NCBI RefSeq assembly: GCF_000012545.1
Contig: NC_007681.1
Location: forward strand, 270,001-302,000
DNA length: 32,000 nt
From: Methanosphaera stadtmanae DSM 3091
Lineage (GTDB): Archaea; Methanobacteriota; Methanobacteria; Methanobacteriales; Methanobacteriaceae
Reading direction: 5' to 3'
Shown: piece by piece, positions 9,500 to 19,563 of the stretch
Position numbering within the stretch: position 1 is the stretch's first letter
Layout of the letters: the number at the start of each line of letters is the position of its first letter
Translations under genes and position numbers: made by a program
The notes under the pieces: generated by a model
The model's input: the letters and a program-made list of their open reading frames with translations, nothing else
Told to the model about the DNA's origin: nothing
The model's database searches: none

Positions 9500-9640
9500 C
9501 TATATATTATATAAGTAATTCTATCTATTTAATAATAGCTAAAAATAAAAATAATAAAAAAGAAAAAAATAATTAAAAAAGGAAAAACTCGAAAAAATAA
9601 CATTAATAATATCATGGATGAAATATAAAGGAGTATAACT

Positions 9641-10738
9641 ATGGAATATGACTATTTAATCGTTGGTTCAGGACTTTTTGGTTCAGTATTTGCACATGAA
9701 ATGAATAAGATCGGAAAGAAATGTTTAATAATAGAAAAAAGAAGTACAATTGGTGGAAATATATACACACAAAACATTGAAAATATTAATGTTCATAAAT
9801 ATGGAGCACATATCTTTCATACAAATGATGAAGAAGTATGGACATATATCAATCAATTTACAAAATTCAATAGATTTACAAATTCACCAGTAGTAAATTA
9901 TAAAGGTAAATTATATAATCTTCCATTTAATATGAATACATTCTATCAAATATGGGGTGTAAAAACACCTGCCGAAGCAAAAGAAATAATAGAAAAAGAA
10001 AAAAGTGAATATAAAATAGAAACTCCTAAAAACTTGGAAGAACAAGCAATAAGTCTAGTTGGAACAACTATCTATGAAATTCTAATAAAAGGATACACAG
10101 AAAAACAATGGGAAAAACCATGTGATAAACTACCATCATTTATCATTAAAAGACTACCTGTACGTTTCACATTTGATAATAATTACTTCAATGATTTATA
10201 TCAGGGAATACCAATAGGTGGATATACACAGATAATAGAAAAACTACTTGAAGGAATAGATGTAAAACTAAATACTGATTACTTTAATAATAAAGAAAAA
10301 TGGGATAAAATTTCAGATAAAATACTCTTTACTGGAATGATAGATCAATACTATGATTATTGTTATGGTGAATTAGAATATAGGGGATTGAATTTTGAAA
10401 CAGAAGTCTTAGATACTGATAATTATCAAGGAAATGCTGTATTTAATTATACAGAAGCAGAAATTCCATATACAAGAATAATAGAACATAAACACTTTGA
10501 AAATGCACAGTCTGATAAAACAGTAATTACTCATGAATATCCAAAAACATGGACTAAAAACGAAGAAGCATACTATCCAATAAATGATGAGAGAAACTCA
10601 GCATTATATGAAAAATATAACAAATTAGCAAAAAAAGAATCAAAAATACTCTTTGGTGGAAGACTTGGAATGTATAAGTACATGAACATGGATGAAGTAA
10701 TAAAAGAAGCATTAAATCTTGTTAAATCAGAAAAATAA
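9641..10738 (+). CDS. glf: UDP-galactopyranose mutase
   Basis: YDYLIVGSGLFGSVFAHE is an FAD GxGxxG motif. Also GGNIYT, VHKYGAHIFHT, KGYTEKQW, YQGIPIGGY, YEYPK, YYPI and FGGRLGMYKY. The match to Glf runs end to end. Confidence 0.9.
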   Translation: MEYDYLIVGSGLFGSVFAHEMNKIGKKCLIIEKRSTIGGNIYTQNIENINVHKYGAHIFHTNDEEVWTYINQFTKFNRFTNSPVVNYKGKLYNLPFNMNTFYQIWGVKTPAEAKEIIEKEKSEYKIETPKNLEEQAISLVGTTIYEILIKGYTEKQWEKPCDKLPSFIIKRLPVRFTFDNNYFNDLYQGIPIGGYTQIIEKLLEGIDVKLNTDYFNNKEKWDKISDKILFTGMIDQYYDYCYGELEYRGLNFETEVLDTDNYQGNAVFNYTEAEIPYTRIIEHKHFENAQSDKTVITHEYPKTWTKNEEAYYPINDERNSALYEKYNKLAKKESKILFGGRLGMYKYMNMDEVIKEALNLVKSEK

Positions 10739-10801
10739 TATATTTTTACTTTCTTTTTTCTTTGTAAAAGTTTTTCATAAAAAAAAGGAATTTAGAGATA
10801 A

Positions 10802-13234
10802 CTATTCTCTAAAAATTTCTGGAACATAACTTCTAAGTAGAAGTGATAATGTAATTACAGTTACAGAACTTAAAGCCATGGCAAGTGCACTGTATTCTGG
10901 TCTAAATAATATATTCCAGGGTATAAGAGCACCAGCAGCAATAGGAATTAAAACAACATTGTATGCAAATGCCCAGAAAAGATTTAATCTAACACGACTC
11001 ATAGTTTTTCTACTTATTTGAATTGATGCAACAGCATTTAATAAATCCCCATTAATCAATATAATATCTCCAGATTCTATTGCAACATCAGTACCTGTAC
11101 CTATTGCAATTCCAACATTAGATTTTGTAAGGGATGGAGCATCATTAATACCATCACCAATAAAGGCAACAATCTCACCTTCACTTTGTAGTTTTTTAAC
11201 ATAGTCGAGTTTTTCTTGTGGAAGAACTTCTGAGACTACATTACTAATACCTACTTGTTTTGCAACAATGGATGAAGTATTTTTATTATCTCCACTAATC
11301 ATTGTGGTTTTAATATTCATTTTATGTAATTGATCAATAGCTTTTTTACTATTTTCTTTTATAACATCACTTACTGAAAGAATTGCTATGATATTTTTAT
11401 TATCTGCAAGAATGATACTTGTTTTCATATTAAGTTCTTCATTTTCAAAATCTTTCAATATATTTTCAGGAATAGGTACGTTATTATCATTAAGTATTTT
11501 TTTATTACCAATAATATAGTCTCTATTATTTATTGTAGCTTGAACTCCTTTTCCTGAAATATTTTCAAACTCATCAACATCATATAATTCAAATTCATTC
11601 TTTTTTTGGTTATTAAAAAGTGCCTGAGCAATTGGGTGTTGTGAATATTGTTCTATTGAACGGGCAATCATAAGTACTTCCTCATCACTTTCTGTAGAAT
11701 AATTTATTATATTAGATAATACGGGTTGACCAACAGTAATTGTACCAGTTTTATCAAGTAGTACATGTGTTATTTGTTGTGATACTTCAAGTGTTTGACC
11801 ATCCTTTATTAATATACCATTTTTAGCAGCAAGTCCAACTCCAACTGTTAGTGCTGTTGGAATAGCAAGTCCAAGTGCACATGGACAGGCCACAACAACA
11901 ATTGATATGAATATACTTAAACTATAGAGTAGTGGACTACCATATATAACATACCATATAATAAAACAGATAACTGCTATTGTTAGTATTCCTGGAATGA
12001 AGTATGTAATTACCTTATCTGCAAGTTTTTGTATTGGAGGACTTGAATTTTGTGCATCTTGTACCATTGATATAATTTGTGAAAGTACTGTTTTATCACC
12101 AGTATTTGTTACTTTGAATTTAAATGTTCCATCCTTATTTATAGATCCACCAATTACAACATCTCCCACATTTTTTTCTATTGGTGTACTTTCTCCTGTT
12201 ACTAATGATTCATCAACATAACTTTTTCCTTCTATTATCTGTCCATCTAAGGGTATTTTTTCACCAGGTTTTATAACAACAATATTGCCCTTTAATACCT
12301 TGTTAATATCAACAGTTTCTGTTATTGTTTTTTCATTTATTGTTTTTTCTATTGTAGCTTCTGTTGCTTTTAATTCAACTAATTTATTTATTGAATCTGA
12401 TGTTTTTGATTTTGCTCTATCTTCAAGATATTTTCCTAGCATTAAGAAAGAACCAAGCATAATACTTGTATCATATAACATGAAATGTGATTCTCCAAGT
12501 AGGCCAAATGTACTAAGTAGACTTGCTATAAATGAAATTCCAATACCTAATGTGTACATTACATCCATGTTTAGGTTATGATGTTTAATGGAATTAATTC
12601 CTGATATTATAATAGGGGAACATACATAGATAAATGGTAGTATTGTTATTGCTAGTTGTATGTATGATTCATTTCCATTAAAATTAAAGTTACTAAACAT
12701 TAAATACATTAAAATTGCTGAAAAGAAGAATCCAACAATAATTCTATGGAGTTTTTTTCTTAGATTCTGGTTATGTTTTTCTTCAATTATATTGTTATTA
12801 ATAGAATTATTGTCATGAATACCCATATATTCATAACCAATACTATTAATCCTATCCCCAATATCTTTAACTGTTACAACAGTAGGATTAAAAATAACTT
12901 CTGCTGTTTCAGAGATAAGATTAACATGTATTGAATAAACTCCGGGCATTTTTGAAATTGTGGAGGTTACAGCTTTTGAACACATTACACAGGTCATTCC
13001 ACCTATGTTTAAGGTTTTTTTTTTGATAGTTGCACTAAATCCTATATTATCAAGGGCACTTATTATTTCTTCAACATCTACTTTTTCTTCATCATATGTT
13101 ACTGATACATCTTTTGATTCAAGATTGCATGAGATGTTACTAATATTTTCATTGTTACTTAGTGTTTTTGTGATTGTGTTAACACAAGCATTACATGCCA
13201 TATCTTCAACTTTGAAAACATCTTCTTTAGTCAT
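10802..13234 (-). CDS. copA: Copper-translocating P1B-type ATPase with two N-terminal heavy-metal-binding domains
   Basis: Two HMA CxxC motifs (MACNACV, GMTCVMCS), a TGES actuator motif, a CPC transmembrane metal site (VACPCALGLAIP), the DKTGTIT phosphorylation site and the GDGINDAP hinge. A strong GGAGGA RBS precedes the ATG. Confidence 0.9.
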   Translation of the reverse strand: MTKEDVFKVEDMACNACVNTITKTLSNNENISNISCNLESKDVSVTYDEEKVDVEEIISALDNIGFSATIKKKTLNIGGMTCVMCSKAVTSTISKMPGVYSIHVNLISETAEVIFNPTVVTVKDIGDRINSIGYEYMGIHDNNSINNNIIEEKHNQNLRKKLHRIIVGFFFSAILMYLMFSNFNFNGNESYIQLAITILPFIYVCSPIIISGINSIKHHNLNMDVMYTLGIGISFIASLLSTFGLLGESHFMLYDTSIMLGSFLMLGKYLEDRAKSKTSDSINKLVELKATEATIEKTINEKTITETVDINKVLKGNIVVIKPGEKIPLDGQIIEGKSYVDESLVTGESTPIEKNVGDVVIGGSINKDGTFKFKVTNTGDKTVLSQIISMVQDAQNSSPPIQKLADKVITYFIPGILTIAVICFIIWYVIYGSPLLYSLSIFISIVVVACPCALGLAIPTALTVGVGLAAKNGILIKDGQTLEVSQQITHVLLDKTGTITVGQPVLSNIINYSTESDEEVLMIARSIEQYSQHPIAQALFNNQKKNEFELYDVDEFENISGKGVQATINNRDYIIGNKKILNDNNVPIPENILKDFENEELNMKTSIILADNKNIIAILSVSDVIKENSKKAIDQLHKMNIKTTMISGDNKNTSSIVAKQVGISNVVSEVLPQEKLDYVKKLQSEGEIVAFIGDGINDAPSLTKSNVGIAIGTGTDVAIESGDIILINGDLLNAVASIQISRKTMSRVRLNLFWAFAYNVVLIPIAAGALIPWNILFRPEYSALAMALSSVTVITLSLLLRSYVPEIFRE

Positions 13235-13384
13235 TTAGTTTCCTCCTTTTTTTTATTTTCTAGATATATTTTTCTTGTATATATGGTTTTTTCTAAAAAC
13301 TATGATATATAAATTGAGGTTATCCTAATTAATACATATGTAACAACATTAAAAAATTAATTAATTAAAAAAATAAGAGGAAGG

Positions 13385-13789
13385 TTAATTGATTACTATA
13401 GTTGAATTATCTGCATCTACAGTAATTTCATCGTTTGTATTAATTGTATTTATAATATCCACATCAGGATTATCAACCATTGGTATTTTAGAAATAATGG
13501 CTCCAATAGCAATAATTGGTTCAGCTTTTTGACAAATAATAGCACGTGGTGCTGTGTTATTCTTAGCCATTTGGTAAATAACATAAGATCCAACAGTAGA
13601 TCCCTTACCTGAAGGTATAACTAGTATTTTATCAGTAATGCATTCATTGTATAATTCATGTTTTTTATCTATAACAATACCAGTTTTAGGATCAACTCCT
13701 CCTAGAAAACTAATAGGATCCTTTGTTACTAAAGCATTACCTGAATCTTTACCCTTAGATATTATTCTACATTTTATATTACTACTCAT
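13385..13789 (-). CDS. DUF126 / aconitase-X swivel-domain protein (candidate small subunit of phosphomevalonate dehydratase)
   Basis: 134 aa with [28 protein letters not shown] and [19 protein letters not shown], typical of the AcnX small-subunit/DUF126 family. A GAGGAG RBS is present. It lies 25 bp downstream of the K/E-rich gene. Confidence 0.7.
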   Translation of the reverse strand: MSSNIKCRIISKGKDSGNALVTKDPISFLGGVDPKTGIVIDKKHELYNECITDKILVIPSGKGSTVGSYVIYQMAKNNTAPRAIICQKAEPIIAIGAIISKIPMVDNPDVDIINTINTNDEITVDADNSTIVIN

Positions 13790-13814
13790 CTATAAACTCC
13801 TCTTATTATGATAC

Positions 13815-15074
13815 TTATAACATTCCTTCAGATCTAATTAAATCAATGAATGTTTTTACTTCACCAGATTTTTTAGAATCTTTTGATTTTGGCTCTGTTT
13901 TTGCTTTTGATTGTTCTTTTTTAGGTTCTGTTTTCTGTGTTTCTTTTGGTTTTTCTGTTGTTGTATTATCCACTATTAGTCCTTGTTCTCTTAGTGTTTG
14001 TGTGAATGATTTTTGTGTATCTTGTGTTTCTGGTTGTTCTTTTTTAGTTTCTTTTTTAGTTTCTTTTTTAGGTTCTTTTTTAGGTTCTGTTTTCTGTGTT
14101 TCTTTTGGTTTTTCTGTTGTTGTATTATCCACTATTAATCCTTGTTCTCTTAGTGTTTGTGTGAATGATTTTTGTGTATCTTGTGTTTTTGGTTGTTCTT
14201 TTTTAGTTTCTTTTTGTACTTTCTGTGAAACTTTTTTCTCTGTATCTTTTATTGTTTTTTGTACCTGTTTTCCAACATCTTCTTTTATTTTATCAGTTGT
14301 TTGTTTTAGTTTTTGTGTTTCTTCAGTAGCAACTTTCACCACATCATCTACTATTAATCCTTGTTCTCTTAACACTTGTGTAAATGATTTTCCTGCATCT
14401 TTTATAGTTTTTGCAGCATCTTGTGTAACTTTTTTAGCTACTTCTTTTGCTTTTTGTTGTTCTTTTTTAGCTTCTTTTTGTTGTTTTACTTTTTCTTGTG
14501 TTTTCTGTGCAGATTTTTTAGCTTCATCTTTTACTTTTGTTACTGTTTTTTTAGCTTGTTTAGTAACTTTTTCAACTGTTTTTTTAGCTTGTTTTGTTAT
14601 TTTGTCTTGTGTTTTTTGTTCTTTTTTAGTTTCTTTTTGTTGTTCTTTTTTAGTTTCTGTTTTTTCTGAATCTTGTTTTAATTGTTCTGTTACTTTTTCT
14701 CTTGTTTTGTCAACTTCTTCTTTAAGTTTTTCTGTAGTTTCTTGTGCTTCTTGTTTTAATTTAGCTGCTTCTTCTTTAAGTTTCTTAGCTTCTTCTTTCT
14801 CCCGTTTTTCTTTGTTTTTTCTTATGATAATTTTTGATAATCCTGGAGTCACACGTCTTTTAAGTTCTATTCCTCCTTTTTGTATTAGTTTTATAGATTT
14901 TGGTGTATTATCTTTAGTTTCATCTTTTATAATTATTGGTATTTCATTATCCTGTGATTTAGGTTTTATTTGTGAATTATGAAGAACGTCTACTGATTTT
15001 GGATTTTGTTCTGATGCTTCTGGTACTTTTTTAACTTCTACTTCACTACTAAATTTAATTTTTTTATCACTCAT
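13815..15074 (-). CDS. Highly charged K/E/T/Q-rich repeat protein of unknown function, probably intrinsically disordered
   Basis: A 419-aa ORF apparently co-oriented in an operon with DUF126, with an RBS-like GAAGGGA upstream. It has low-complexity lysine/glutamate repeats plus four copies of an [KS][ST]F[TI][QD]xLR[ES][EQ]G[LM][IL] motif, the last at the extreme C-terminus. Confidence 0.7.
   Translation of the reverse strand: MSDKKIKFSSEVEVKKVPEASEQNPKSVDVLHNSQIKPKSQDNEIPIIIKDETKDNTPKSIKLIQKGGIELKRRVTPGLSKIIIRKNKEKREKEEAKKLKEEAAKLKQEAQETTEKLKEEVDKTREKVTEQLKQDSEKTETKKEQQKETKKEQKTQDKITKQAKKTVEKVTKQAKKTVTKVKDEAKKSAQKTQEKVKQQKEAKKEQQKAKEVAKKVTQDAAKTIKDAGKSFTQVLREQGLIVDDVVKVATEETQKLKQTTDKIKEDVGKQVQKTIKDTEKKVSQKVQKETKKEQPKTQDTQKSFTQTLREQGLIVDNTTTEKPKETQKTEPKKEPKKETKKETKKEQPETQDTQKSFTQTLREQGLIVDNTTTEKPKETQKTEPKKEQSKAKTEPKSKDSKKSGEVKTFIDLIRSEGML
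13914..14215. repeat. ~143-bp direct repeat, two copies at a 159-bp (53-codon) period, inside the K/E-rich CDS
   Basis: 13914-14056 versus 14073-14215 differ at 2 positions by eye (13979 g/a, 14029 c/t). They encode TQDTQKSFTQTLREQGLIVDNTTTEKPKETQKTEPKKE twice. Confidence 0.9.
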
Positions 15075-15471
15075 ACTAATTCCCTTCTAATATAAATTCC
15101 TTATATAAACTCAACACTATTGAAGAATGTAATGATTTTCATTTTTTTATGATTGTTAATATAATAATTATATATCTATTCTATTATAATGAATTTTTTC
15201 TTATAATAAAATAAATTCATCATTATTAATAATTATTTAAATCTTAAATATTATATTTATTCTAAAATTTTAAGAATATTATTTATATAATTCATGTTTA
15301 TTTTAAAAAAATTAATATTAAACAGAATTTATTAATTAAATTATCCTATTAAAATCAAGTTTCTTTTCAAGGAATTATATTTCATACTAATCATATTTAA
15401 AAAAAAATTATTTTTATCTTATAAAACATAAATAAAAAATAATAATAATAAATAATTAATATTTATTTTAT

Positions 15472-16332
15472 ATGGTGATTTGTGTGGTTAGAGATAAACA
15501 TGTAATAGAAGCATTAGGTAAGACAAGGGTTACAATAGAAAATGGTAAAGTTAGTAATGTGGAAAAACCACTTATTGAATATTGTCCTATCTTTGCTAAA
15601 TATAGAAATATAGAAGAAATCACACCTGAATTAGTAAGAGAAAATATTCAATTTAGAATTGATGACTTTGGAATGTGTACAAAAAATAGACAAATAAAAA
15701 TGTCTGATATGCTAAGTGTAGGAATATCAGAGATACTTAGAAGTAATCTTGAAGTTGGAAATATAGACTGTGTTGTAGGGGCATGTGAAGGGGTAGGAAC
15801 ATTGCTTATGACTGATGCAGATATAGTTCAAGGTGTAGGTGGAAGAGCATCAGGACTTGTAAGTACAACACCAATTCCAGAAGTAATGGAAAAAATAGGC
15901 ATTGAAAATGTTCTAGATGCACAAACAGCTCAACTTAATCCTATAAAAGGTTTAGAAAAAGCAATAAATGAAGGTTATAAGAATATTGCTATTACAATAT
16001 TACCTTCTCCTTTAATAAAAAAAATTAGAGAATATGATCTACCATCTGATGTTAATGTGTATCTATTTGTGGCACATACAACTGGTATTTCTATGGATGA
16101 GACAAAGGATGTATTTAAATATGCAGATATTGTAACTAGTTGTGCTTCAAAAAATATACGAGACTATGCAAGTAAGATAAAACCATACTACTATGGAAGT
16201 TCTGTTCCAATCTATGCTGTAAGTGATATGGGACGAAAATTTTTAGATACAAGACTAGAAAAGATTGGTAAATCATTAAGTACAAATAAATATCCACAGG
16301 AAAATAACAATATACCTAATCCATTAGTATAA
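15472..16332 (+). CDS. Conserved archaeal protein, probably DUF2099 / 'methanogenesis marker protein 8'-like
   Basis: HVIEALGKTRVTIENGKVSNVEKPLIEYCPIFAKYRNIEE resembles my recollection of the marker-8 N-terminus. The call is from memory only and has not been checked against an HMM. Confidence 0.45.
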   Translation: MVICVVRDKHVIEALGKTRVTIENGKVSNVEKPLIEYCPIFAKYRNIEEITPELVRENIQFRIDDFGMCTKNRQIKMSDMLSVGISEILRSNLEVGNIDCVVGACEGVGTLLMTDADIVQGVGGRASGLVSTTPIPEVMEKIGIENVLDAQTAQLNPIKGLEKAINEGYKNIAITILPSPLIKKIREYDLPSDVNVYLFVAHTTGISMDETKDVFKYADIVTSCASKNIRDYASKIKPYYYGSSVPIYAVSDMGRKFLDTRLEKIGKSLSTNKYPQENNNIPNPLV

Positions 16333-16377
16333 AAAAAGATTTTGTTTATAAGAAAAAATTATAGAGGAGAGTATTAA

Positions 16378-17667
16378 TTGACTCAATTAGAATATGCAAG
16401 AAAAGGAGAAATAACTCCTGAAATGGAATATGTAGCAAAAACTGAAAATATAGATGTTGAAAAATTAAGAAAAAATATAGCTTCTGGAAAAGTAGTTATA
16501 CCAAAAAATGTGCATAATAATACTCTTCCAACTGGAATTGGTAAAGATTTACATACAAAAATTAATGCAAATATAGGATCATCTACAGAAATGGAAGATA
16601 TTAATGTAGAGCTAGAAAAACTAGATATACTACTAAAATATGGTGCAGATGCTGTGATGGATTTAAGTACTGGACCAAAATTACATGAAATCAGAAAGGC
16701 AATAAGAGACAAAACAAATATACCTCTAGGAACAGTTCCAATATATGAAGCAGGAGTAGAAACAACTTCTCAAGATAAAATTATTGTAGATATGGATGAT
16801 GATATTATCTTTAAAACAATAATAAATCAAGCAAAAGAAGGTGTTGACTTTATAACAGTACATTGTGGGATTACACAAGATGCAATAAAAGCAGTTGATG
16901 ATTCAGAAAGATTAATGGGAATAGTAAGTAGGGGTGGAGCTCTAACAGCTGCATGGATCATGCATAATGAAAGAGAAAATCCATTATATGCAGAATATGA
17001 TTATTTACTAGAAATATGTAAAGAACATGATGTAACACTCTCTCTAGGTGATGGTTTAAGACCAGGTTGTATTCATGATGCAACTGATATTGCACAGATA
17101 AGAGAATTAACAACACTAGGAAGACTTGTAAAACGTTCACAAAAAGCTGGAGTACAAGTGATGGTTGAAGGACCAGGTCATGTTCCTATAACACAAGTAA
17201 AGGCAAATATGCAAATACAAAAAACCATATGTTCAGATGCACCATTCTATGTTTTAGGACCTTTAGTAACAGATGTTGCACCAGGTTATGATCATATTAC
17301 AGCAGCAATAGGTGCAAGTATTGCAGGTGCAAGTGGGGCTGACTTTTTATGTTATGTTACACCTGCAGAACATCTGTGTATACCAAATAAGGAACATGTA
17401 AAACAGGGTGTTATAGCTTCAAAGATTGCTGCAGAAGTATCTGATATAGCCAAACAAATACCAAGTACAATGAAAAGAGAATATGATATGGCTGTTGCAA
17501 GGGATAACTTTGACTGGGAAAAACAATTTGAATTGGCAATTGATGGAGAAACTGCACGTAAGTATTATGAAAGTACATCTACATCTGATGAGGAGATGTG
17601 TAGTATGTGTGGAGATTTCTGTGCTATAAAAATGGTTAAAGATCATGAAAAAGCAAATAAGAATTAG
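16378..17667 (+). CDS. thiC: Phosphomethylpyrimidine synthase (thiamine pyrimidine moiety, radical SAM)
   Basis: TQLEYARKGEITPEM, NANIGSS, DAVMDLSTG, TVPIYEA, FITVHCG, IVSRGGA, GDGLRPG, VMVEGPGH, FYVLGPLVTD, GADFLCYVTPAEHL and the C-terminal CSMCGDFCA cluster motif. The start is a TTG 8 nt after GGAGGAGAG. Confidence 0.9.
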   Translation: MTQLEYARKGEITPEMEYVAKTENIDVEKLRKNIASGKVVIPKNVHNNTLPTGIGKDLHTKINANIGSSTEMEDINVELEKLDILLKYGADAVMDLSTGPKLHEIRKAIRDKTNIPLGTVPIYEAGVETTSQDKIIVDMDDDIIFKTIINQAKEGVDFITVHCGITQDAIKAVDDSERLMGIVSRGGALTAAWIMHNERENPLYAEYDYLLEICKEHDVTLSLGDGLRPGCIHDATDIAQIRELTTLGRLVKRSQKAGVQVMVEGPGHVPITQVKANMQIQKTICSDAPFYVLGPLVTDVAPGYDHITAAIGASIAGASGADFLCYVTPAEHLCIPNKEHVKQGVIASKIAAEVSDIAKQIPSTMKREYDMAVARDNFDWEKQFELAIDGETARKYYESTSTSDEEMCSMCGDFCAIKMVKDHEKANKN

Positions 17668-17912
17668 GTATTAATCTTATTTTTGGAAGTTAAAGTAGTA
17701 TATTTAAAAAATATACGTAATTATGTGTTAAATTGTATTTTATATGGATAATTATTAACTTCCATACTTCTTTTTTTATAAAAATCTTTCTTTTTAATAA
17801 ATTTTTTTTGCAGTTTAATCAAAATTATTTAATATATCTTAAAATATAAATTAAAATAATAATCATTATAATAATTTTAACTAATTAACATTAAAAATTT
17901 GGAGGTAAAACT

Positions 17913-18083
17913 ATGGCACGTAAAGACAAAAAAACCTTACCAGCTAGTGGAGCAGGTATAGTAAGATATTTCAATGATGATACAGCAGGAGTTAAATTAT
18001 CACCTAAACAAGTAGTAATTGGAACAATTATTGTTGCATTAATATGTATTGCTCTAAGATTTACTACAAGTGTAGGTTACTAA
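17913..18083 (+). CDS. secG: Preprotein translocase subunit Sec61-beta (56 aa; below the ORF-track cutoff)
   Basis: My own translation: MARKDKKTLPASGAGIVRYFNDDTAGVKLSPKQVVIGTIIVALICIALRFTTSVGY*. It shows the SAG(L/I)xRYF motif plus a single C-terminal TM helix, typical of archaeal Sec61-beta. A GGAGGT RBS lies 6 nt upstream. Confidence 0.75.
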   Translation: MARKDKKTLPASGAGIVRYFNDDTAGVKLSPKQVVIGTIIVALICIALRFTTSVGY

Positions 18084-18299
18084 AACCATCTATTTTTTCT
18101 TTATTGATTTTTTAAGGTTAAAACTTATTTTAGAATAAGTTCATTTACTTTTTATTCTTTTTGTTTTCTAATTTATTTAAATTAAATATGTATTTTCAAT
18201 TTTAAAACTTGTTTTTTATTCTCTTTTTATATTCTTTTATTTACATATACCACAAAGTATTTATATTACTTTTGATATATACTAATAATAAGCAGCCAC

Positions 18300-18410
<111 letters not shown>

Positions 18411-18612
18411 TATATTTAAAAATGAATATAAGTTAAAATAATTTCAATAAAATGTACATAGTACATTATATATCTTTTTTATTCTTTTTCAATGTATTTT
18501 AGTTTTTAATTATATTTTTTATATTAGAAAATATAACAATTGTTATATATTTTAAGTTTTTAATATAGTATATAATTAAATAAGATCATCTAGTAAAAAA
18601 AGGAGATTATCT

Positions 18613-19347
18613 ATGACAGAATTATATAATCAAATGATTTCAAGACAAAAAGAAATATTTACAGAAAATCAACAGGAAAAAATTAGAAACACACCTGTTT
18701 TAGTAATAGGTTGTGGAGGACTTGGTGGAACAGTAATAGAACAGTTAGTAAGGGCAGGTTTTGAAAATTTAACAATTGTAGATCAAGATGTTTTTGATAA
18801 AACTAATTTAAATCGTCAAATAAGAAGTAATTTAGATACAATAGATAAATCTAAAGTAGAAACAGCAAAAAAGGAATCATTAAAAATAAATCCTAACTTA
18901 AATATTACAGGATATGATACTACTATTACTCCAGAAAACATATCTCAAATCTTTAAAGGAAATGATATTGTAATTGATGCTGTAGATAATGTATATACTA
19001 GGGTGATGATATCAAGGGAAGCAAGAAAACAAAATATGGCATTTATTCATTGTGCAGTAGAAACAACTGTGGGACAACTAACTATAATTACCAATGATAC
19101 TCCATCATATGAGGAATTATTTAAATTAAAATCTAATGGAAAAACACTTGATAAATCAAAAGAATATCTACTAGGTATAAGTACTAAAAAACCACAAGTT
19201 CTAGGAACAACACCTGCAATATTTGGAGCATTAGAAGTTAATGAAACTATTAAATATATATTAGAAAGTAAGGATGCTCTTTTTGCACCAAAAGTATTGT
19301 TATGGGATATATTTGATATGACATCATTTAGGATAATTGATTTTTAA
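18613..19347 (+). CDS. ThiF/MoeB/HesA-family E1-like adenylyltransferase (specific role unresolved)
   Basis: VLVIGCGGLGGTVIEQLVRAG is a Rossmann GxGxxG motif, followed by VDQDVFDKTNLNRQ and DAVDN. There is no C-terminal CxxC zinc motif or rhodanese domain, so I cannot tell whether it is ThiF-, MoeB-/UbaA- or TcdA-like. Confidence 0.7.
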   Translation: MTELYNQMISRQKEIFTENQQEKIRNTPVLVIGCGGLGGTVIEQLVRAGFENLTIVDQDVFDKTNLNRQIRSNLDTIDKSKVETAKKESLKINPNLNITGYDTTITPENISQIFKGNDIVIDAVDNVYTRVMISREARKQNMAFIHCAVETTVGQLTIITNDTPSYEELFKLKSNGKTLDKSKEYLLGISTKKPQVLGTTPAIFGALEVNETIKYILESKDALFAPKVLLWDIFDMTSFRIIDF

Positions 19348-19563
19348 ATGATACTAATGTATATTTACTTATTATTAAATATACTAAAACTTCACATAAC
19401 TTTTTTTAACTACCTTTTTTTATACATATAAAAAGAAATATTATCGATTGTATTTTTTTTATTCTAGATTAGTTGTATTTTAGTAAATGTGATTATTATA
19501 GAATTTTTAATAAATAGGGTATTATAAATATTATATTAAATTTAATAAATATGGGAGATTTTA

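Noticed and set aside
13846-14982. 378-aa ORF (and the nested 82-aa ORF at 14421-14669) on the + strand, rich in F/S/C/V
   Set aside because: It is the antisense shadow of the K/E/T/Q-rich gene. Complements of AAR/GAR/ACN/CAR codons rarely give stop codons, so a long open frame is expected. It has no RBS. The minus-strand gene has an RBS and operon context with DUF126.
15075-15471. Looked for a TPP riboswitch upstream of the marker-8-like/thiC gene pair
   Set aside because: The ~400-bp region is almost pure A/T, with none of the conserved G/C-containing TPP-aptamer elements (for example CTGAGA). It is more consistent with divergent promoters.
17684-17764. 10-bp inverted repeat tggaagttaa ... 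ttaacttcca downstream of thiC, containing GGAA/TTCC halves
   Set aside because: The 61-nt spacing rules out an NrpR operator. A stem with a 61-nt AT-rich loop is weak evidence for a structured RNA. The T7 run that follows (17771-17777) is enough to explain archaeal termination.
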